Source: Acidobacteriaceae bacterium (lineage in GTDB: Bacteria > Acidobacteriota > Terriglobia > Terriglobales > Acidobacteriaceae). From it: DNA of 49,269 nt. Numbering within the stretch: the stretch's first letter is position 1; every line of letters begins with the position of its first letter. The notes beneath the pieces are model-generated. The model saw only the letters and a program-made list of their open reading frames with translations, made no database searches and was not told where the DNA came from. The stretch lies in the NCBI GenBank assembly GCA_025449575.1, contig JANWJB010000024.1:1-49269 (forward strand), written 5' to 3'. Below are positions 27,997-38,833 of this stretch, piece by piece. A program made the position numbers and the translations under genes.

Positions 27997-28266
27997 CTCT
28001 CTGCGACCTCCGCAACGATCGTATCGTTTCTCCAAAAGTGTGCGCAGCTCTCCGCTGGTTCAGCGGAAAATCAGCGAATGCTTACGCAGTGACTCATTCC
28101 CCAGACGATTGATTTCTATAGAATAGTCCCGGCGTTGCTCTCACCGGAGAGCGGCGGCTCGCGCAAGGGACATGACTGCGCGGGATCCTCAGTCCTCCTG
28201 CTCTAGGAACACCGCGAATCAGGACAACGAACCACCGCGAAAGAACGCTTATGGGTGCCACACACA

Positions 28267-31218
28267 ATGCAGAATGATTCATTCAAGAAGACGGCCCTGG
28301 GGATTCTACTGGTCAGCCTCGGAGCGCTAACGCAGATCCCTGCCTGGGCGGCCGCGCCCGTCGACAACGGAATTACAGCTAAGGCTGTGGCTGAAAAAGC
28401 TCTCGGCATCGTTTCAGGGATTCATGGTTCATGGTCGCAGATGCCGGACAACATTGTGTCGCGATTGATGACGCGGGGCGCAATCGTCGGCAACGGAAAT
28501 GTCGGCGTGGCGATGGGCGGAAGTCCGGACAAGCAGGAGTTTTATGTGGGCCGGGACGACTTCTGGAGCGTGCTGAGCGGAGAAATCATGCCGGTGGGCA
28601 GGCTCGAGCTGGCGATTCCCGATTTGCAAGGCGGGTCTGCGCGGGTGCTCGAGAATATTGGGCCGGCGGATATCACAGCGAACTTTTCCAAAGGCAGTTA
28701 TGCGCTGGATTCGCGCACCTGGGTCGCTGACGAGCGGAATGTATTTGCTGTCGAGCTAAAGAACCCCGCCGGAACTCCCTTAAAAGTAACCGCCACGATC
28801 ATGGATGGCTTCGGAAACAAAGGCTTGGGAACTCTGAGTGGGAACTCGGACGATGTGCATTGGATGCATGTCTCACCGGAGACGGTGAGTGCAACGATTG
28901 GTGGATCGCAATCTGGAGGCGCCGCTAAGCCGGGAGTCACCGTCCGATCGGTGGAGGTTTTTGCCCGCGATGATTCCTCTGCGGGGGCGAAGGCGGCGGG
29001 GAAACCGCTTTATGCCTGGAAATCGCAGACGGCATTGACTGGCGCCGATGCAGCCGGCGGATTTCCATGCGGCGACATCATCATGCCGCTGCGGCGTTTT
29101 ACCGTTCACGCCGAACTGAAAGTGGATGAGCCGGAAAGCGCCGGCGTGATTTTTTCGGCAATGGCGAAACACCGCTGGATGAAGCAGAAGGAAGATCCTG
29201 GTAATCCTTGGGGGAACATTCGTGGACACGATCTGCCGAGAGCGCAGGGCGCCGATGCGGGGTTGCTGATCTATCTTGCGCATGGCCAGCTGATGGTGAA
29301 TTTGAATGGGACGATTGTCACGGCGGAGCAGATTCTTCCGCAGCAGCAGTGGACGAACATCACGGTGGCATACGACGGCGAACAGCTTGTTCTGCTGGCG
29401 AATGGAAAGCAGATTGGCGAGACGAGGGATTTCCCGACCGCGGCGCAGGCGATGGGGCCGGAATGGCAGTGGGCGGCGACGCATCCCGGCGACAAGAAAG
29501 TTCCATTTGACGGAATCGGGCCTCAGGGCGTGATGGCCATGCGTGTCATTGGAGCACATGCTTCGATGGAGAATGGGGAGATGCAGTTCGCCGTTCCCGC
29601 CGGAGGGCGGGTCGTGGTGCTGGTTGCCGCGATGGATAATCGCGATACCCCTGGATATTTTCACGCGGCCGTCTCGGATCTGAAGCAGGCGAATTTCAAC
29701 AGCATTGCGGCAAGCTGGTCGCGGCACCAGGCATGGTGGAAGACGTTCTGGTCCAAGTCCTATGTGGAGATTCCGGACAAGACCGTCCAATCGTGGTGGT
29801 ATGGATCTCTTTATGTGTTGGCGTCGTGCAGCAGGTCCGGCAACGTTGCGCCCGGGCTGTGGGGGAACTGGATCACCTCAACCCACATGGCGTGGCAGGG
29901 TGATTACACGCTGGACTACAACTATGAAGCGCCATACTGGGCCGCGTATCCAACCAACCACGTGAGCGTTGCCGACCCTTATGATGCACCGCTTCTGGCC
30001 TGGATGCAGCGTGGGCGCGGGTTGGCAGAAAAGCTGCACAGCCAGGGACTCGTTTATTACGCGCACCTGGCGCCGTCGCCCGGATGGAGTGCGGATAACT
30101 TCCGGACGCTGGACCAGAAAAGCCATGCGTTGTTTGCCGCGGTGGACTGCATTCAGCGTTGGCGTTATACGCACGATCCGGCCTATGCGCGGAAGGTGTG
30201 GCCATTCCTGACTGGGGTTGCCGACTTTTGGGATCACGATCTCAAGCTGGTGAATGGGAAGTATGTGGATTACAACGATGGCGCGGGCGAGCATTTGTGG
30301 GGGCCGACCACGGATGTCAATCCCGCGACGACGATTGGCTTTCTAAACATGCTCTATCCGGCGCTGATCGATATGAGCCGCCAATTGCACACCGGCGAGG
30401 ATATGCGCGCGACCTGGAGTCATATCTGGTCGAATTTGAGCAGCTTGCCCTTGGCTCCGGCCGCTAGCGTGGAGGAGATCCAGAAGACTGTCGGGAAGCC
30501 AATTCCGCCGGACGAGATGGTGATTCTGCAAGCCCAACACGGCACGCAATGGGTGCGGATCAGCAGGGGAGGGCAATTTTCAGCCAATCCTCCGGTGAGA
30601 GTTACCGGCTCATCACCCGGCATGAACTCGCTGCAGGTTGTATTTCCAGCATGGAACATTGGCCTGGAGAGCGATCCCGCGCTGCGCAAGGCGGCAGTCA
30701 ACACAGTCAACTACATGCGTATCTGGTATGACGACAATAATACGTCGAGTTTCTATCCGGGCGCGGCGGATGCCGGCTACGATCCCGAGTCGATTCTCAA
30801 GCACCTGCACCTGCTGGTCACCCATGTCGGGTACCCCAGCTTTGCTTACGCGATGCCTGCGGGAGGCATCGAGAACGAAGCGACCGTCCCCGCCACGATT
30901 GCCGCCATGCTGCTGCAGAGCTACCAGAAGAACATTCACGTCTTTGCCAACTGGCCAAAAGATCAGGATGCTTCTTTCGGGGATCTGCTGGCGGTAGGTG
31001 ATTTCCTCATCTCCAGCAAATTTGCCGGCGGGCAAGTTGCATTTGTCGGCGTCACCAGCCAACGTGGCGGGATGTGCAGTCTTGCGAATCCGTGGGGGGC
31101 GGATCGTTCCGTGTCTTTGCGCGTCGCCGGCGAAAAGCCCGTAGTGCTGCACGGAGCGGTCTTGAAGGTTCCCACGCACGCCGGCGAGCGGTTGACGTTC
31201 GAGCCGGTATCCCAGTGA
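28267..31218 (+). CDS. secreted putative glycoside hydrolase, GH95-like (alpha/alpha)6 region with an inserted LamG/concanavalin-like domain
   Basis: The track start is GTG 28255; ATG 28267 gives signal peptide MQNDSFKKTALGILLVSLGALTQIPAWAAAP. WQGDYTLDYNYEAPYWAAY resembles the GH95 W-x-G-D-Y-x-x-N-x-N-x-x-x-N-Y-W motif. GVIFSA...GLLIYLAHGQLMVNLNG...WTNITVAYDGEQLVLLANGKQIG is a LamG pattern. Confidence 0.5.
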   Translation: MQNDSFKKTALGILLVSLGALTQIPAWAAAPVDNGITAKAVAEKALGIVSGIHGSWSQMPDNIVSRLMTRGAIVGNGNVGVAMGGSPDKQEFYVGRDDFWSVLSGEIMPVGRLELAIPDLQGGSARVLENIGPADITANFSKGSYALDSRTWVADERNVFAVELKNPAGTPLKVTATIMDGFGNKGLGTLSGNSDDVHWMHVSPETVSATIGGSQSGGAAKPGVTVRSVEVFARDDSSAGAKAAGKPLYAWKSQTALTGADAAGGFPCGDIIMPLRRFTVHAELKVDEPESAGVIFSAMAKHRWMKQKEDPGNPWGNIRGHDLPRAQGADAGLLIYLAHGQLMVNLNGTIVTAEQILPQQQWTNITVAYDGEQLVLLANGKQIGETRDFPTAAQAMGPEWQWAATHPGDKKVPFDGIGPQGVMAMRVIGAHASMENGEMQFAVPAGGRVVVLVAAMDNRDTPGYFHAAVSDLKQANFNSIAASWSRHQAWWKTFWSKSYVEIPDKTVQSWWYGSLYVLASCSRSGNVAPGLWGNWITSTHMAWQGDYTLDYNYEAPYWAAYPTNHVSVADPYDAPLLAWMQRGRGLAEKLHSQGLVYYAHLAPSPGWSADNFRTLDQKSHALFAAVDCIQRWRYTHDPAYARKVWPFLTGVADFWDHDLKLVNGKYVDYNDGAGEHLWGPTTDVNPATTIGFLNMLYPALIDMSRQLHTGEDMRATWSHIWSNLSSLPLAPAASVEEIQKTVGKPIPPDEMVILQAQHGTQWVRISRGGQFSANPPVRVTGSSPGMNSLQVVFPAWNIGLESDPALRKAAVNTVNYMRIWYDDNNTSSFYPGAADAGYDPESILKHLHLLVTHVGYPSFAYAMPAGGIENEATVPATIAAMLLQSYQKNIHVFANWPKDQDASFGDLLAVGDFLISSKFAGGQVAFVGVTSQRGGMCSLANPWGADRSVSLRVAGEKPVVLHGAVLKVPTHAGERLTFEPVSQ

Positions 31219-31272
31219 GAGGCGCAACCGATCTCGCGTTGCCTGGAACCGCGACCGCATCGCTTGCCAAGC

Positions 31273-31388
31273 TAGAGCGGATTCACGATAGGTGTTCCCG
31301 AGGCAAATACACCATATGCGACTTTTTCGTTAAGAAGAGCCGCGCTTCTCGAACCTCGGTGGGGCATAGCCATCGTGAATCCCCTCTA
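31273..31388 (+). mobile_element. MITE family 1, copy A (116 bp including flanking TA/TA)
   Basis: TA-GAGCGGATTCACGAT ... ATCGTGAATCCCCTC-TA. The 15-bp terminal inverted repeats have 1 mismatch. Internal hairpins are present. The element sits 2 nt from the M48 peptidase stop, between convergent genes. Confidence 0.75.
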
Positions 31389-31390
31389 AT

Positions 31391-32854
31391 TCAGAGCCCA
31401 CCCCACAACCGGTGCGGTCGGAGTACGCCGCCGCGGGTGAAGTAGCGGGGCTCCGCGCCTGGCTGCCACGGGTTGTAGCGCGCGGCAAAAGCCTCGCGCT
31501 TCGCAACGGGCGGATGCGAATAGGTCCAGGAGACGACAAAGGGATTGGGCGACGGGTATTCCAGCGACTCTTCTCCCAGCCGCTGGAACCCACTGGCGGC
31601 AGCCTGCCGGGGATTCGCCACGATGCCATGCACGGCTTCCTGCCCGAAGACGTCGGCTTGATGTTCCTGCGCGCGGCTGACAAAGTTTTGTATCGGCTCC
31701 ACTGCGAAGGTGAGAGCCGAGAGCGCCAGCAGCAGGATGGCGGCGGCGGCCCAATCCTCCAGTGCAGTGATGCGCCAGAGCGGGCCCCATCGCGCCGCCA
31801 GCCGGCACGCGAAATGGAAGCCGATCCACAGGAAGAAGAAGGAAAGGGCGGACGCAATCACCAGCCCCCGCTGGATGTGGCCAAGCACATAGTGGCCTAG
31901 CTCATGGCCGAAGATGACCAGAATCTCATCCGTGGGGCAGCTCTTGATGGTCGTATCCCACACTACTACGCGCTTGGAGGCCCCAAAACCAGTGACATAG
32001 GCATTGGAGCCGGTGACCTTGTCGCTGGCGCGCATCAGGTACATGCGGGAGGGCGGAATCCGCGTTCCCGTCTTTGCCACCACCCGCTCCAGCTGTGCGA
32101 CCAGCGCGGGGTAGTGGACGTCGAGCGGCTCGAAGTGGTTGAAGAGGGGATCGACCGCCAAGGGCAGAATGAAGACGACCACTAACTGCGTCGGCAGCGA
32201 GAGAAGCCACAGCCAGAGCCACCAGCGGCGGGTGTGGCGGATGAGGGCAAAGACCACCAGCAGCACTACGGTTCCTGAAACCAGAGTGAGCAGAAGCGAT
32301 TTGCTCCAATCCGCAAACCAGCCGCCCCATCCCTCGATCGACTGACCATAGGCGAGCGCGACGTGGTGCGCAAGCAGGCCGATAGGGAGATTCAGCAGGC
32401 TGGCCAGCAACAGCAGCAGAGGGAGAAAGCAAAGCCCCTGCAGCCATCTGCGGTTGGTCCAGCCGGTCACCCAGCGGCGCAGGCCCGAGGCCCAGTGGAG
32501 TTGGAGAATCGCAAGGCAGATCAGGATCGCCCATAGAGAGCCACCGAAATCGAGCGCTGTCCGCCAGTAATAAAGAGAACGCGAGCGCGCCAGCTGGGCC
32601 TGCGGCAGAGTGTAGGCCGTGCAGCCCCCGCATGCTGGAGGTGGACCGGCCGCCGGCCCCTCGGTGGAGAGGGCCGCGCGTGCTGGCAGCGCCGCACCCA
32701 AAAGAAGAAGGACGATCAGGAACGGAAGCAGGGAAACGGCACTCGAGCGATGCGTGCCGGCGCGGCGTCTCGGCCGGCTTCCCCCGCTGGAGTCCGGCCA
32801 AACGCGGGCATGTGCCAAGGAAAGCCCCCCGCGGCGGCTGTCCAGGCGACGCAT
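31391..32854 (-). CDS. M48-family (Ste24/HtpX-like) membrane zinc metallopeptidase
   Basis: Multiple TM helices, HExxH in VIFGHELGHYVLGH, downstream glutamate region (RAQEHQADVFG). The track start is TTG 32902; ATG 32854 is preferred. Confidence 0.85.
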   Translation of the reverse strand: MRRLDSRRGGLSLAHARVWPDSSGGSRPRRRAGTHRSSAVSLLPFLIVLLLLGAALPARAALSTEGPAAGPPPACGGCTAYTLPQAQLARSRSLYYWRTALDFGGSLWAILICLAILQLHWASGLRRWVTGWTNRRWLQGLCFLPLLLLLASLLNLPIGLLAHHVALAYGQSIEGWGGWFADWSKSLLLTLVSGTVVLLVVFALIRHTRRWWLWLWLLSLPTQLVVVFILPLAVDPLFNHFEPLDVHYPALVAQLERVVAKTGTRIPPSRMYLMRASDKVTGSNAYVTGFGASKRVVVWDTTIKSCPTDEILVIFGHELGHYVLGHIQRGLVIASALSFFFLWIGFHFACRLAARWGPLWRITALEDWAAAAILLLALSALTFAVEPIQNFVSRAQEHQADVFGQEAVHGIVANPRQAAASGFQRLGEESLEYPSPNPFVVSWTYSHPPVAKREAFAARYNPWQPGAEPRYFTRGGVLRPHRLWGGL

Positions 32855-32885
32855 CGGCAGCGGAAGTCCTGAGGGAGGGATGGAA

Positions 32886-33749
32886 CTAGTCGAGCCGAAC
32901 AAGGTAGGCTTCGCCTTCGCGCGGTCTCAAGCTGTGGGCAATTTCCACGGCCCGACTCTTATCGTCTGCCATCGGACGGATGCGGACCCAGTAACCTGTA
33001 GGACCCGAAAACTCGATCACCCGAGCCGTTTTATATTTGTCCTGGAGGTGGTCACGCAGGTGGACTGCCGCTCCGGCGTGCTTGAAGGCGCCAATCTGCA
33101 CGCACCATCGGCCCCCTTCATCGAGGGCCGCGGGCGAGGCATAGACATCGATCCTTACGCGGGCGACCCCCGGGCGCCACACGCCGACCGCCTTGGCCGA
33201 AGCGAGAGACAGATCCAAGACTCGGCCCGGCACGAAGGGCCCGCGATCGGTAACCCGCATGATTGCGGATTGTCCGGTCGCGACGTTGGTCACTTCGATC
33301 AATGAATTGAGCGGCAGCGTGCGATGCGCGGCGCTCAAGGCGTATTCGTTGTAAATTTTGCCATCCGCGCTGCGGCGCTTGTCGTATGGCGGACCGTACC
33401 AACTGGCCAGGCCCTCTTCGCTATAGACCGGCCGATGAGTTCGGACAAACTCGGCATCCTGCGGGCTGTCGGCGACCGGACCCGGAACTGCTTCGGCGGA
33501 CGGTTGAGAGATAGGCGGCGGAAGCGTTGGCGGGAGAGGGAGAGCGGCCCTTCGATGATGACAGCCGGCAATCAGCGCGAGCGAGAGGCTGAGCGGCAAC
33601 AGGAAAAGCTTAGACTGCCGGTTGACGGCAGCTTCCTTCGGCGGAAGCCGCGCCCTTTCGAGGCATGGAGCTTTTGCGCGGCCGTTTTCAAGTTCCGATG
33701 GGTGTTTGGGTTTCTGCGAAGGAGTCTCCAGTGGCGAGGTATGGGTCAT
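32886..33749 (-). CDS. rlpA: septal ring lytic transglycosylase RlpA-family lipoprotein (DPBB + SPOR domains)
   Basis: Lipobox LALIAGC. DPBB region ASWYGPPYDKRRSADGKIYNEYALSAAHRTLPLNSLIEVTNVATGQSAIMRVTDRGPF. C-terminal SPOR-like WCVQIGAFKHAGAAVHLRDHL. The track start is TTG 33794; the ATG is at 33749. Confidence 0.85.
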   Translation of the reverse strand: MTHTSPLETPSQKPKHPSELENGRAKAPCLERARLPPKEAAVNRQSKLFLLPLSLSLALIAGCHHRRAALPLPPTLPPPISQPSAEAVPGPVADSPQDAEFVRTHRPVYSEEGLASWYGPPYDKRRSADGKIYNEYALSAAHRTLPLNSLIEVTNVATGQSAIMRVTDRGPFVPGRVLDLSLASAKAVGVWRPGVARVRIDVYASPAALDEGGRWCVQIGAFKHAGAAVHLRDHLQDKYKTARVIEFSGPTGYWVRIRPMADDKSRAVEIAHSLRPREGEAYLVRLD

Positions 33750-33790
33750 TGGCTGCAGGGCCGTAGGGTTGCTGGGCCGTAGGTTGCGCT

Positions 33791-34045
33791 TCAACTTGAG
33801 CGGTGTCCGCCGCTCTCCTCCAAGTGGCCGGCAAGCTTGTGCAGTTGCGCCGCCACCGCGTAGAGTGCCTGCGAAGAATTCTGACGGAGGCGCGGCACTA
33901 CCTCATCGTTGAAATAGGAGACGGCCTTCTTTACCTTCTCCTCAACCCTGGGTACCGCCGCTTCAAACTGCTGATCAAAACATCGGCCCATACCTTCAAA
34001 CCGGTGTCCCGTAAACCAGCGACCTGCTTCGCTCTGCGCTGCCAT
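33791..34045 (-). CDS. small hypothetical protein
   Basis: Trimmed to ATG 34045, which is preceded by AAGGAGAGG. 84 aa, helical-looking (MAAQSEAGRWFTGHRFEGMGRCFDQQFEAAVPRVEEKVKKAV...). No family recognised. Confidence 0.45.
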   Translation of the reverse strand: MAAQSEAGRWFTGHRFEGMGRCFDQQFEAAVPRVEEKVKKAVSYFNDEVVPRLRQNSSQALYAVAAQLHKLAGHLEESGGHRSS

Positions 34046-34702
34046 GGGATTCCTCTCCTTTCTCATCTTGCTTGCGCGGCAACCCAAGGGTCAACCATGC
34101 TGTGGAACTGCATTGGCCTGACGTTCCGAGGGAATAACCGGTTTTTCCGATTCGGAACGTCGATACGCCCATCCGGCTCACGCTGGGCTACTATCCTTCC
34201 GCAAGCCGCAAAGGGAGTGTCGTTCTAAGCACCTTTCTGGTTTCCATTGCCACCGACACCGGAGGGAATCTAGTGTTGGAATTTATGCCGGATTTGGCCC
34301 GTAAGTTCCCTATTTTGAAGAAGGTTGAGATGCAATGGTGCTCCTTGGGAGCGCCCGAGCCATTAGCCACCCGGCCAACCCTGCCTCCGCTCATTCCATT
34401 CAAGCCGAATGGTTACCATCTGGCGGCGGATTTTCGCCGTTCAGCGCTGCGGTGTTCAGTTTAAGAAAAGATCCTCGTACTTTAGGAGAGTGTACGTGCC
34501 GCAGGTTCCGGCGTTTGATGTGTCGTGGACTGCCGGCGAAAGGAACGTTTTCGGAGCCCCTCAATCTGCAAGTTGTGACGGCCCCTCCTCGCCGATTCGC
34601 GTTCAGTTCTCAGGCTGAGCACCGCGTCCGGCAGCTAAGGCTCTGGCAGTCCAGGCCATGTATTGCTGATACCTCGATTTCTCGTGTTTCCAGGAGATTC
34701 CA

Positions 34703-36808
<2,106 letters not shown>

Positions 36809-36835
36809 CCTCGGCGAGTACCAAACCTGGACGGT

Positions 36836-36870
36836 AAGGCTGCCTGCAATGGCGGCCTTTGCCGTCTTTT
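36836..36870 (+). terminator. probable intrinsic terminator of the radical SAM gene
   Basis: AAGGCTGCC-TGCAAT-GGCGGCCTT (9 bp with one G-U), or the alternative GGCGGC-CTTT-GCCGTC followed directly by TTTT (36867..36870). Confidence 0.5.
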
Positions 36871-36875
36871 GGAGC

Positions 36876-36993
36876 TGGAGCGGATACACGATAGGTGTAC
36901 CCCGAAGCAAATGGACTATATGCGGCTTCTTCATTAAGAAAAGCCGCACTTCTCGAGCCGTGGTGGGTGCATAGCAATCGTGAATCCGCTCTG
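36876..36993 (+). mobile_element. MITE family 1, copy B (flanked by TG/TG)
   Basis: TG-GAGCGGATACACGAT ... ATCGTGAATCCGCTC-TG. Same orientation as copy A and colinear with it over the full length (about 80% identical by eye). Confidence 0.75.
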
Positions 36994-37008
36994 TGGAGCG
37001 CAACTGCG

Positions 37009-37485
37009 ATGAATCGCGCCAGAAAATTCGGCTGGCCGGCAGGCGTTGGAAGCGCTTGTACGATCCTCGTCTTGGCGCTTTCTTTTGGTCTCACCGGCTG
37101 TACTGTGTGGGGCGCCAAGAATCCGCCCACGGTCAAGAGCATGACCGGCGCCCAAGACCATGAGCACGTCTTCTGGTCCCAGGTCAAGGCGCGGCACTGG
37201 CGCAAGGTCACCGCAATGCTGGCTACAAACGTGGTCTATTCGGCCGGTGGGAAGATTCTCTCCCGCGACCAGATCGTGCCCTACCTGCAGGCGGAGAACG
37301 TCCGCGACTATATTCTTACCGGCACTCAGGTGAAGCCCAGCGGGCCCGATATGACGTTGACCTATCATCTGCAAATCTCCTCGCCGGGCGGCCCGACCCG
37401 CTCCTTTACCGCGATCAGCGTATGGCAGCAGGTGGGGGGCGGCTGGATTTTAATTCTTCACACCGAGCAGCCCGCGGCGAGCTAG
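37009..37485 (+). CDS. lipoprotein with NTF2-like (DUF4440) fold
   Basis: ORF 36895..37485 trimmed to ATG 37009, because the upstream part reads through MITE copy B. Lipobox FGLTGC. C-terminal ...FTAISVWQQVGGGWILILHTEQP is typical of DUF4440. Confidence 0.6.
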   Translation: MNRARKFGWPAGVGSACTILVLALSFGLTGCTVWGAKNPPTVKSMTGAQDHEHVFWSQVKARHWRKVTAMLATNVVYSAGGKILSRDQIVPYLQAENVRDYILTGTQVKPSGPDMTLTYHLQISSPGGPTRSFTAISVWQQVGGGWILILHTEQPAAS

Positions 37486-37600
37486 AGCAGATTCACGATT
37501 GCTATGCCCCTCCGTAGTTCGAGAAGTGCGGCCTTTCTTAACCGAAAAGCCACGTATGGTGTATCTGCGTCGGGGGTACACCTATCGTGAATCCGCTCTA
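37483..37600 (-). mobile_element. MITE family 1, copy C (inverted relative to A and B; flanked by TA/TA)
   Basis: TA-GAGCAGATTCACGAT ... ATCGTGAATCCGCTC-TA. Its reverse complement aligns full-length with copies A and B. The first 3 nt (TAG) form the stop codon of 37009..37485. Confidence 0.75.
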
Positions 37601-37635
37601 AGGCTTTCGAGCACGGTTCCGGGTACAATTTCGCC

Positions 37636-38715
37636 ATGGTCTCGGCGGCGCCGGCGAAGTTTTCTCTTCCCGATTTTCGAAAGCAGATTTTGGATTGGTT
37701 CCGGGCCAACGCGCGCGACCTGCCCTGGCGCCTTACACGAGAGCCATACCCGATCTGGGTGTCCGAGATCATGCTGCAGCAGACCCGGGTCGGAGCCGTT
37801 CGGGAACACTACACTCGCTTCATGGAGCGCTTTCCCTCCATCGTCTCTCTGGCGCTCGCGCCGGAGGACGAGGTTCTGGCGGCTTGGAGCGGATTGGGGT
37901 ACTACCGCCGGGCCCGTCTGCTGCATGGCGCCGCGCGATTCATCGTTCGCGAACACCAGGGCTGCTTGCCGCGCACGGCAGAGGAGTTGCATAAGCTGCC
38001 CGGCATAGGAGACTACACCGCTGCCGCCATCGCGAGCATCGCCTTCAATGAGCCGGTCGCGGTGGTGGATGGAAATGTGCAGAGGGTGATCCAGCGGCTG
38101 TTTGCTCTCTCCGGGGCCGCAGATAGCCCATCGGATTCTGAAAGCCCATCCATCCGCGAATATGCCCAGGCTCTGTTGGCGCGGCGACGGCCGGGAGATT
38201 TTAATCAAGCGATGATGGAGCTGGGGGCGACGGTCTGCCTCCCTAAAAAGCCATTGTGCTTGAGCTGCCCGGTGGAGCGGCATTGCTCTACCCGAGGTGA
38301 GCATGCGGTGGAGTCGCGCCCGCCAATGCGCAGCCGCCAAATCGCATATGCATTGGTATGCCGGGTCTGCCGCGGAGCCGCCGCGGCTCAGGAAGTAATG
38401 CTCGAGCGACGGTCGGAATCGGCATCGCAGATGCCGGGTATGTGGCAGTTGCCCGAGGTTGATCTTCTGCCGGACGACGAGAAGCGGGTGGAGTTGACCT
38501 TGCGCCACGCCATTACAGTCACAAATTATTACGTTCGCGTTGTGCGCCTTTCAGAAAGGGAATCACGGCGCCGTCTGCCGGCGCGTGATCCCCAACGGCG
38601 TTGGATTAAGACGTCGGAGTTGGGTGAGATGCCGCTTACCGGGCTAGCGCGCAAGGTTCTGCAACGCCTCCAGGTGATGCCGGTATTGGATTTTCTGCCC
38701 TCGCAGGAGGGCTGA
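37636..38715 (+). CDS. mutY: A/G-specific adenine DNA glycosylase
   Basis: LPWRLTREPYPIWVSEIMLQQTRV, HhH-GPD LPGIGDYTAAAIASIAF, 4Fe-4S loop CLPKKPLCLSCPVERHC, C-terminal NUDIX-like domain. Confidence 0.93.
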   Translation: MVSAAPAKFSLPDFRKQILDWFRANARDLPWRLTREPYPIWVSEIMLQQTRVGAVREHYTRFMERFPSIVSLALAPEDEVLAAWSGLGYYRRARLLHGAARFIVREHQGCLPRTAEELHKLPGIGDYTAAAIASIAFNEPVAVVDGNVQRVIQRLFALSGAADSPSDSESPSIREYAQALLARRRPGDFNQAMMELGATVCLPKKPLCLSCPVERHCSTRGEHAVESRPPMRSRQIAYALVCRVCRGAAAAQEVMLERRSESASQMPGMWQLPEVDLLPDDEKRVELTLRHAITVTNYYVRVVRLSERESRRRLPARDPQRRWIKTSELGEMPLTGLARKVLQRLQVMPVLDFLPSQEG

Positions 38716-38833
38716 GCGGCGCGCGTGGGCTTTCGGCGCGCACTTCGGCGATGGCGGCCTCCGTCATCCATTGCGCCTCACGGGCCGTGAATCCAGAAAT
38801 GAATCCTTTTGTTGTCAGCCCCAACTCCCGGGA

